From: Camelus ferus
Lineage: Eukaryota
Direction: 5' to 3'
DNA length: 64,000 bases
NCBI RefSeq assembly: GCF_009834535.1
Contig: NC_045705.1
Span: forward strand, 55,056,001 to 55,120,000
This document shows, in pieces, positions 37,915 through 47,500 of this stretch (positions within the stretch are counted from its first letter, which is position 1; each line of letters opens with the position of its first letter). The position numbers and the translations under genes are program-made. The notes below the pieces were generated by a model. That model did no database searches. It had not been told where the DNA came from and saw nothing but the letters and a program-made list of their open reading frames with translations.

Positions 37915-38311
37915 CTGCACAGGGGCCCTGCCTGGCTCATGGAGGGACGGACATAGGGGTGATTGGACAAGATGGTCTGGCCAGAAGGTGGGCCAGACCT
38001 GGCAGCACTGAATGTGGGCTGCGGGCGTCAGCGCGCCCAGTGGCCTCCCTCTCCCCATCTCCCAGCCCCACGGTTGCACTTTATTTATTCGGTTCTTGCT
38101 TTGGTGACTGGGTGGGCCTGGACTGTGGTCCCAAGGATGTGTGCAGAGCTTCACCCTCCCCTCCCAACCTCCACACCTCCCCGTCCCCTCAGTCTGCTCC
38201 CCATCCCCCAGCCTGGGGCCAGAACAGCCTCTTACTCCAGGGCAGAAGTCCCTCTGGTTGTCTCCCTACCACCCGTACACACTGACAGAGACAGCAATAC
38301 CCCACCCCCAT

Positions 38312-38321
38312 ATTAAATAAA
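38312..38321 (+). terminator. TRIM3 poly(A) signal (overlapping ATTAAA/AATAAA)
   Basis: ATTAAATAAA about 400 nt after the stop, followed by a GU-rich downstream element (GGTTGTGTTGTTTT). Confidence 0.8.
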
Positions 38322-39350
38322 TGCGTTCACCAAGATGGTTGTGTTGTTTTCTTGCCGGCTGGGAGGGGAGGGGATGGCGGGACCAGATCTGGACTAAAAT
38401 GTGGGCAAGCAGCCAGGGAGGGGACTGATTCCCAAATGTGCCCTGATGTTTTGAAGCTTCAGGAGTGGAGAGCGAGAGAGAGGGAACCCTGGGACTCAGC
38501 CACTGTAAATGCCTGCCCCCAGGCCCACATCTTCTGTAGAAATAGTAAGTCCTTTGGCTGTCTGCTGAGAGGAGCCTGGAAAAATGACCCTTGCCGAGAA
38601 CACAGCCAGCAGCGGCCAGGAGAACAGTTGCAGGGATGGTGGCCATCCTGGAAGCCCGGGCCTGGGTTAGGGACCAGGGACAAGCCCAGGTGGGAGCTGG
38701 GTGTGGGAGCCTCTGTGGCCAGTTCTAGAGCTCAGTCCTGAAGCCTGGGAGCAATGCTTCATCCGTGACTGCTGCCCCTTCCCCACAGTGGAACAAGGGT
38801 CCCAGCACCCTGGCCCAAGCCCTCTTTTGCCAGGATTTGGCTGCGAATTCTGGAGATAATTACCACCAACGCTCAGTGACAGGGGAGGTGGCACTGTGGT
38901 TTCTCCCGCTCTACAAATGGCTGAAGCTGCTCTTCATTGCTGAGGAAGAGCAGAGCCCAGGCTTGTATCTGTAGCTGTCATGCTCCTAACTGGGCAGTGA
39001 CAGCACCTTACTCATTCTCATTCCCCTCGCGCCCGGCGCGGCAATTGGCACAGAAGACACTCACAGGATTTGGGGAATGATGGATCTGGGAAGGTTGGTT
39101 TGTGAGACATCGTGGGAAAGTTCAAGACTTTGTCCTGGTGTAGCAACACGGCTCCTGGAGCAAGATGGGAGAGCTTGTCCATGGACCTGTGGGAGACCAT
39201 AGGGGCTTTGCAGGGATCAAGGGGCACTGTGTGGACCACAGGGAAGTCTTGGTGACATTCACCTCCCTGGTTCTTTTTGACCCCACTGGTTGGGATCTGG
39301 TAGGCAGGTGGAGGGACATAAGAACTCCCTGAACTCTAGGGCAAGCATCT

Positions 39351-39473
39351 TTTTTTTTTTAATTCTATTTTTTATTGAAGCATAGTCCATTTACAATGTT
39401 AGTTTCATGTGTACAGAAAAGCGATTCAGTTATACATATACATACATATATTTTTTCAGATTCTTTTCCATTA
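39351..39473 (-). mobile_element. 5'-truncated L1 3' end with poly(A) and target-site duplication
   Basis: T-run then TTTATTGAAGCATAGTCCATTTACAATGTTAG...TTTCAGATTCTTTTCCATT; flanks TAGGGCAAGCATCT (39337-39350) / TAGGGTAAGCATTCT (39474-39488). Confidence 0.7.
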
Positions 39474-41191
39474 TAGGGTAAGCATTCTTACAAGGCCTAT
39501 ACTCCTGGCCGATTGTGGGTAGGATTGCCTGAGCCCATGCCCTGACCAGCAGAGACCATGTGCTCAATCATCAGTCACTTGGCACCAGGGGGGCCTTCCC
39601 TGAGAGCCTCAGTGATGGTCTGTTCCTCCCTTGCACTCCCACCCTAAGCAAAGCACCAGCAATGACACTGAGGATGGAAACTCAAAGTTTCAGCCCTCAA
39701 CCTCTCCATGCTAACAATCTGGACACCTAAAGTTAGTGAGGGAATAAGATGGCAATAAAGGTGAACTTCCTTGGGCGGGGAGCCCCACATGGCTTCCCTA
39801 CCAGCCCGAGAACAGGCTCCTGGAGCTGATTTCCACAGATACCAGATTAGGCAGTCAGCCTAAGCCACGCAGAAGCTGTCTCAAGGAGAGGTCCTTCACT
39901 TCCTCCTGCACCTGATCACGGTGGGCATTTTCTCTCCAGTTCAGAGCTTGGGCCCAGAAGCAGGTGGCGGGGGTGCCTGGCAGTGGAAGCTATGCCTTGA
40001 TTTAGCTGGCACAAGTCTTAAGTGATCTTCACAGACTTGGGGGCTGCAGCAGAGCCCCTGCTGGCACAGGTCAGAAAGTTATTTTGTGGTCCTGCAGAGG
40101 CTCACACCATGCTTACATGGGGCTGTCTGGTGACTGGAGCAGCCCCATTGCTGCATGTGGCCTGCAGTTTCACTTAGTCACTCAGAAAGTACTTCTGAGT
40201 ACTTACTACTGATCAGACAGAGGGGTGGGCCCTGGGAACACAGACAGCAATGGTCTTTGCCCTTATGGAGCTTATAGTTTAGTGGGGAAGGCAGGCAAAC
40301 AAGTAGACACAAGGAACTAAATGTGTAATGCAAGTTTGTGTTCAAGTTGTGAAGGAAATGAATGGAATGCCTCTCTGAGCAATGACCTGCAGGTTGTGGG
40401 GTGGTGGGGAGGGAACCATACCAATAGTATGATTTAATAAAATGATTCATATTATATCAAGTGTTTAGTGCAGTGCCAGGCACACAAGTACCCAACGGAT
40501 ACCAGCAAATTATTATTATAATTATTTAGTCATAGGGAAGCAAGAATGGACTATGCTGGAAGGCCCATTACAGAGCAAGAGAAATTCTTGGAGGAGGTGG
40601 TTGGGAGCAGAGAGTATTTTTTGGTACCTGGAGCTAATTCTAAGCCTGAGGCGAGGGAGAATCCAGTCTCTGCTCCCTGGAGTACATAACCATGGGCAGC
40701 AGGGTCAGCACACTCAGCACTCACTGGGCCCCCGGAGAAATAACTGAGATCAGAGACCCCAGATAACGGCAGGGCAGGCTGCACACAGCCCTCCCAAGGG
40801 ACAGGGGTTTGGCGTCCAGCTTTAACGTGGCGCCTGGCAATGCAAGAGGATGCTCTGTCCATGAAGATGTTTGCAGGGCCCCGTTCAGACGCTCTTAGAA
40901 GGAAGCCAGAAAACTGCTGGTTAGGAGGAACGGGAAGACCACATGAAAAGGGAGATGATTGTATATTTCTGAGCTTGAATTCCCCCAGAAATCAAGCAAG
41001 AGACTGAGAGTCCCAAACCCACTCCTACTCTGGGCAGCAGAGATATGCAGAGGAAGGGGACGTGGCACTAAGCCACCATAGCCAGGCGGAGAGGAGTGAG
41101 AAGGGAGGAAGTCTGTGGAAAGACAGTTTTAGGGAGGGCAAACTCCAGGGCTGCGGCTTCCAGTTGAAGCGTGGGAGCGCAATGATCCCTG

Positions 41192-41210
41192 CGGCCTCCA
41201 GAGGGCGCCC
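41192..41210 (+). promoter_or_regulatory. CTCF core motif
   Basis: CGGCCTCCAGAGGGCGCCC, a close match to the GCCACCAG(A/G)GGGCGC consensus, in a small CpG cluster between TRIM3 and HPX. Confidence 0.65.
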
Positions 41211-42846
41211 GGACCCAAGTATGGACAAACACTTGGTCCGCAGCCCAGGCCAGACGGCTGGGAAGGACTCAGGACCAGCAGAAATAGCCACCTTAAGTGA
41301 GGAGACGAAAAGCAAGGCCAGCTCTATCTTGGGACCGCTGAGTGTCCTTGCCTTCCGCCCCGGGACCAGCATCAGGAGGGCCAATATCCACAGCCTAGGT
41401 TCTCACATGGATATCCTCTCAGCCCCTGCACAGAACGTGAGCTTCAACCTGAGCTGCCTGCCATGCAGAAGACTCTGCCCGCCTAGTCCATGAGGGGATG
41501 GGGGGATGGGGGTGGGTGGGAGGAAAGAGGAAGGCTTCCACTAGTGGTATCTAAGCCACCTTAGGGTAGACAAGGCAATTAGGAAACAGCAGTAAAAAGG
41601 TGCCACAAATCATTCTTCTGCAATGGAGAGACCCAGGGGTGCTGTGAAGGGGACCAGAGCTGGGTGGGAAAGAAGAGGCCAAGCTGAAAAACTGTCACCA
41701 GGTATACATGCTGTGTTCCCTAAAGAGCCCTGCTAGACCAGAGAGGAGGCTGTTCCCTGGAGCAGCAGGTCCGTGCAGGGCCCTGACTGTTGGAGACCGT
41801 CACAGTGGGTTTTCTGAGGGTTGTTCATGACTCAGTGTGAATGCTTCCATCTCCCTGTGCAGGCTCAGTAAAATCTGTAGGACACGCAGCCACAGTTCTG
41901 GAGTTAGTGATGGTTGTTGAGGGGGTTGCTGATGAAAGGTCATTGGAGGTTCAGAAAGGAGAATCCTGGGAAGGTTATGTAAGGTTTTAGAGGATGAGAG
42001 GGAAGAAAAAGTGAGGGGAGTCTGGGAGTAGCAGCATCCAGTGCCCAGCAGCTGGCGGTGGCGGCGGGGGGGGGGGGGTGTAGAGCAGGTCCAGCCAAGG
42101 ATGCCCTGCACTGGGAAAAGGTGGGTGTCAGGCACCTGTCGTGGGATCTGTGGCACTGCCCATGCTGCCAAGGGCTTGGTGAGTCCAACTTTATTCACTA
42201 ACTTATGAGGAGGAATGAAGTTAACAAGGCACATTTTCATTGTAAGTCAGGAGAGGATGTTGGGATTGATGGCTGAGGCCTGGTGACAGATTGTTGTCCA
42301 GTCCCAGAAATCTCTGTCTTCCTATTAGGAGGAACCCTGGCACAGTTGGTAAGGGACCTGGGACCTGTGCTGAGGTTATACAGGGGAATGTCAATGGCAT
42401 GGCACCTTCTGAGACAGATCAGGGCCCCTTCAGGGCTGGGGAACAGGGGTCCTGGAACCTCAGCCTGGCCCAGAGCTGACTTTGCACATATTTGTCTCCT
42501 GACTCAGCAACCTCAGGCTTGTCTCAGATGGAAATGGGACAGCCTTTGGAAGTGGCCCCGGCTAGTACTGAAGATAGCAGGTACTAGAGATAGCAGGTGA
42601 GATCCCAGGGCTGGAGGAGAAGAGGTATATAGGGCTGGGACCCTGGAGAGAGAAACAAGATCTTAAGATGAAGGTCAGTGCCAAGGAGACCTGTGACTCC
42701 TAGATCCAATATCCCCCCCATCATAACACATCCCCAGTCCTGAAGGAGGAAAATCGTCAGAAATTCTGCTGCAACATTAGTAATGCTAGTCAGTACTTGA
42801 AATTAATTTTTTTCATATATTTCAAATATTTATTGAGCATCTCTAA

Positions 42847-43301
42847 CAGGCATACCTCATTCATTGCACTTTGCTTTACTGTGCTTCACAGATACTGCAT
42901 TTTTTACAAATTGACGGCTTGTGGTAACCCTGAATTGAATACTTTCCAACAGCATTTGCTCATTTTGTGTCTCTGTAATTTTGGCAATTCTTGAAATAGT
43001 TCAAACTTTTTCATTAATGTTATATTTGTTGTGGTGATCTGTGATGTGACACTTGCAGAAAGATTACTACTCCCTTGAAGGCTCAGATGACAGCATTTTT
43101 AGCAATAAAGTATTTTTAAATTAAGGTATATATTTTTCTTTAGACCTAGTGTTCTTATACACTTAATAAACTACTATAGTGTAAACCTAACTTATATATG
43201 CACTAGGAAACCAAAAAATTTGTATGACCCAGTTTATTGTGAGGTTCACTTTATTGTGGTTGGTCTGGAACCAAACGTGTGATATCTCCAAGGTGTGCCT
43301 G
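42847..43301 (-). mobile_element. Tigger1-derived non-autonomous DNA transposon
   Basis: Terminal inverted repeats CAGGCATACCT ... AGGTGTGCCTG with Tigger1 subterminal motifs (GGTCTGGAACC, GATATCTCC); about 455 bp, no transposase. Confidence 0.75.
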
Positions 43302-43420
43302 GATGTGCCAGGTACTAGTTTAGGTGGGGAAGATGTAACTATGCAAGACAGGCAAAACAAAAGAAAAAAAGCATAAGTAAGCATAGCATAAGCAAAAGCG
43401 TAAGTAGATAGATGACATAA

Positions 43421-43555
43421 TTTTTAAAGCTTATTTTTATTGAAGTATAGTTTATTTATAATGTGTTAGTTTCAGGTATACAGCAAAGTGATTCAATTAT
43501 ACATACACATACATATTCTTTTTCAGATTCTTTTGAAATAATTTTGTTTTATTAA
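43421..43555 (-). mobile_element. 5'-truncated L1 3' end (same family as 39351-39473)
   Basis: TTTTTATTGAAGTATAG...GTTAGTTTCAGGTATACAGCAAAGTGATTCA...TTTCAGATTCTTTT; flanking ATGACATAA at 43412-43420 and 43556-43564. Confidence 0.65.
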
Positions 43556-44239
43556 ATGACATAAAGGAAACAAGCGAGAGTCTGAAATGGCTAAATGAGG
43601 TGATTGAGAAAGGCTTCATTGAGAAGATAGCATTTAAGCAGAATCAGCTGTAAATATTGTGAAACCCCAGTACAGTTCTATTTATTCTGCGATGGGTAAA
43701 CAAAGCACTTTTCCCTTCAGGTGGAAACTATGAAGAAAGTCTAATTACTAGTAGGTCTCTCTTCCTGCCCCACTACTGTCAGCCCTTCCCTCCCAGGTGA
43801 TTTTTGCTAAGCTATTTGTCATAGGGGTTCGGGGCAAGGGTGGGGCTTAGACATTTGGCGACAGTGAAATATTGTTGACGCATCAAGGGCAAAGCGAAAG
43901 AGGCTTGGGAATGCCTCAGAAAGGCCCTTGATGGAACTTGGAAAAAGCTGTTCTCTGTGTTTCTAAGTATGTTTGCGTGTGTGTGTGGTTACTAAGTACA
44001 CGTAAGAGTGTCTTTAGGGGTCTCAGAGCTGAGCTTGGCACAGTGCATAGAAACGTTAGTTTCCTCTTCTCTCCTCCTGCATTGTTGAGGTGAATCCAGC
44101 CACAGAAAGCCAGTCCTCAATCAGCGTACCCTGTCCCCTGAACTTATGGGCATCCAGACCCACCACCAAGGTGACGGGAGCCACAGCTGCGTATCAGGGG
44201 CCTGGGCTAGTCACTGCTCAAAAGTCACCGAAGGGGGAG

Positions 44240-44445
44240 GGGGTCTCCTGCTGGGAAGAGCTAGTCCTGGACTCAGATTTCTGTCCAGACCCTGACCTTA
44301 TTTGCACTGATGTAATCGGCCAATATTGGCATAGTCCTGAGCGAGCTCACTCCCCGCAGTCTTGGACGTGGGGGTGGTGCCGCTGCCCTCTCTATATAGG
44401 GGCTCAGCCAGGTGCCCAGAGCTGTCCTGGCCTTTCCAGCTCATC
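44240..44445 (+). promoter_or_regulatory. HPX proximal promoter: TATA box, C/EBP-type A site, type II IL-6 element, inverted CCAAT pair
   Basis: TATATA 44393-44398; TATTTGCACTGATGTAATC 44299-44317 (FOXA-like plus C/EBP-like; resembles the human HPX A site as recalled); CTGGGAA 44251-44257; GCCAATATTGGC 44319-44330. Confidence 0.7.
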
Positions 44446-44516
44446 ATGGCTTGGGCACTGGGAGCATTGTGGTTGTTGGTGTGCTGGTCTCTGGCTAACA
44501 CCCACCCTCTTTCTCT
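44446..44516 (+). CDS. HPX: HPX exon 1 (signal peptide)
   Basis: [24 protein letters not shown]; donor GTGAGT. Confidence 0.9.
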
Positions 44517-47500
44517 GTGAGTGAAGCTGGGGCAGGCGAAGGAGGGCTGGGGTCTGGGCTACAGTGGGATAGGGCCAGTGTTTAAGCCTGGGGTGAGTTT
44601 GGGGTCAGGAGCTAAGGGAGAGGGACTGGGCTCTGTGGACCCGGACATATATCTGTCTCCTCTCTAGGGCTGGTGCCCCTAGTCATGGAGCTGAAGGTGG
44701 GAACAGGACCAAGGTGGACCCAGATGTGATCGGTGAGGCCCCAACTCCCTGAGTCTGTCTGTCTGGCTGTGTCTCTGCGTTGTACCATCTGACTGGTCTT
44801 TTACTTGCTATCTCCCCTCCTCCTCCCCAGAACGCTGCTCGGATGGCTGGGGCTTTGATGCAGCCACCCTGGATGAGCATGGGGCCATGCTGTTTTTAAG
44901 AGGTAGGAGGGGCATTCGGGAACACAGACTTGGTCCCCTTCTCGGAGGGTGTGTCCAACTGTGGGAAATCTTAGGAATCATCTGAGGGTAGCACCCACCG
45001 CTTCTTTGTAATTATCTCAGTAGGCTGAAAGTTTGTTCTGGGTCCCTCAATGAGTGTGCATTTTTCAGGGGAGTCAGTGTGGAAGGCTCCCAACTGGACC
45101 CGGGAGTTAATCTCGGAAAGGTGGAAGGACTTCCCCAGCCCTGTGGATGCTGCCTTTCGCCGTAGTCACAACAGTGTCTTTCTGATCAAGGTACGGCTGG
45201 ACCAAGGTCAGGGCCTGGCCAGGAAGTGCTGGAATCAACACTAGGGACCCTCCCCCAGGTGGCCCTGGCATGGAGCCCTTCCCAACAGGTGCCAGGTTTC
45301 CTCTCCGTGTACCTTCTTTTCTTGAGAAAGCCCAGGCTAAGGGAGTGTGTGTGCATGTGGGCCTGGCAGGCATGACATCCAGCTGCTCTTTTTCAGCCCT
45401 TGTCTTCACCCAGACTTCTCTGCTGCTCCTCACACCATCCTCTCCTTCCTGGAAATTTCTCCCCTTGCTTCCATGACCCCGCCTTGGGTCCTCCTCAGAT
45501 GCTGGCCAGGTTGTTCACCACATGACAGCTCTGGGCCAGGGGGTCGAGTGGAGGATGAAACCCAGTGTGCTGTGCTCACCGAGTCCCGTGCCCCAGCCCG
45601 GGCTGCGCCTGCTCCTTCCGGCACCTCCTCCTGACTCGCACAAAGACGCTGTGTTGTTCGGGCGGCTTCACTGCCAGGTTTCTTTTCCTTCCCACCTCTT
45701 CTCCTGCTCTTCTCATGCTCCTTATCCTGGGCCAGTCCCTGAACGTTCCTTGGGGATCCAGCCCAGCCTGTCTGTACGCCCTCCCTGGGCGATCTCAACC
45801 ACTGCCATGGCTCTGAGGGCTTTTCACGATGTGGACACCGGGTCTGGATCTCTTCCGGGAGCTCCAGACAACTCTTTCCAGTTTCCTGGCTGACATCTTC
45901 AACTTAGATGTTCTGTAGGCACCTCAAATTCAGCATCCCCCCAAAATGGAATTTAGTATCTTCCTTACAAACCCACCCCTCCTCCTGTGTCCCTATTTCA
46001 GCAAATGGCACCACCCCGTGCTGGTTCCTGCAAGCCAGGAACACATGGGTCTTGAGATCTGGCCCTTGGTTATCTTTTCAGGTTTACCTTCTCCCTGCCA
46101 CATTCACTGTGTGAATCTGAGCTCGTGGTGTACATGCTACTCCCTCTGCTGGTAACGTCCTTTCCACACTTGTCCACCTGGAAAATTCCTGCTCAATTGT
46201 TAACCCTTGGCCCAAATGCTTCCTCCTCTGTGCAGCCTTCCAGGAATTCTCTAGGTAGACTTAGGAACACCCCCTTTATTCCCAATGCATTTCACATGCT
46301 ACCACCTTGGGGCTTACATGGCTAGAATTGTAGGACACTTTCCAATTTTGTGCAGTGAACTCCTTGAAGGCAGAAACAGAGTCTAGTCATCCCTTTATCT
46401 CCAGTGCCTCTCACAATACCTGGCATATAGTAGTCATTTCAGCAACTGTTTCTTGAATGGGTGAATGATCAAACAAATGATGGTGTGGATGGATGGATCG
46501 GATCACTGGGGCATGACGATTTGTGGATGTTTGCCCAAACTAGTGGTGTTGCAAATAACTGTGCCATGGTGGGTGTCTGGTTGCGCACAGCCAGATGTGA
46601 GTGTTATAGTAATAGTGATGAGATTTGCATAAATTGAGGGTGTGTATTTGTGCAAGGAGACAGCACACTGTCGTCTACAGATGGATTGAGAGTATGTGGG
46701 ACTGCAGCAGGATACTGTGTAAGTGCAATAGATCAAAGATGTTGTGTGAGCCTGCAGAGTGGCAGAAGTCTGGGGATGCATATTAAAAACAGAGTGCTTT
46801 TGTATGCAGGGGGACAAAGTCTGGGTATACCCTCCTGAGAAGGAGAAAGAATATCCACAGTTGCTCCAAGATGAGTTTCCTGGCATCCCATCCCCACTGG
46901 ATGCAGCTGTGGAATGTCACCACGGAGAATGCCAACAAGAGGGTGTCTTCTTCTTCCAAGGTCAGTCCAGGCTGGAATAAGAGAGCCTGGAGTAGTGGTG
47001 GGCTGGTGGTGATGGAGGCAGTTGTAGGGATGGTGGTGGTGGTGGCGAAACCACTATAGGGTTTCCCAAGGAAGGGAAGAAATAGAGAAGCCAATTATAG
47101 TCTAGAGGTCAAGTAGGGGAAAAAGAGGAAGTCATCTGGGGAAGGTAATTCTGCTAAAAGTCCCTCACTGTCCCCTGTGACTCTTTGGACAAATCTATAT
47201 TCCTTTGTCTTACATACAAGGTTCTCCATGACCAAGTCCCTATTGATCCCCCAGCCTCTACTCTTATCAGATCCTTGCCTTGAATAGGAAGCTCCAGGAA
47301 CTCTATGCTGTTCTGGAGTTCCATCTCCCACTCTTGTCTGCCTTGTAACTCATGCTTCAGGTTTTAGTTTAAGTATCACCTTCCCTGGGATGCTTTCCCT
47401 GACTCTTCCCACTGCCCTTGCTGAGCTGATCACATGTACTTTGCTGCTGAATTTTACTGTATGATGACTTTCCTCGACTGTCTCCCTGCTGGGCTGTGAA

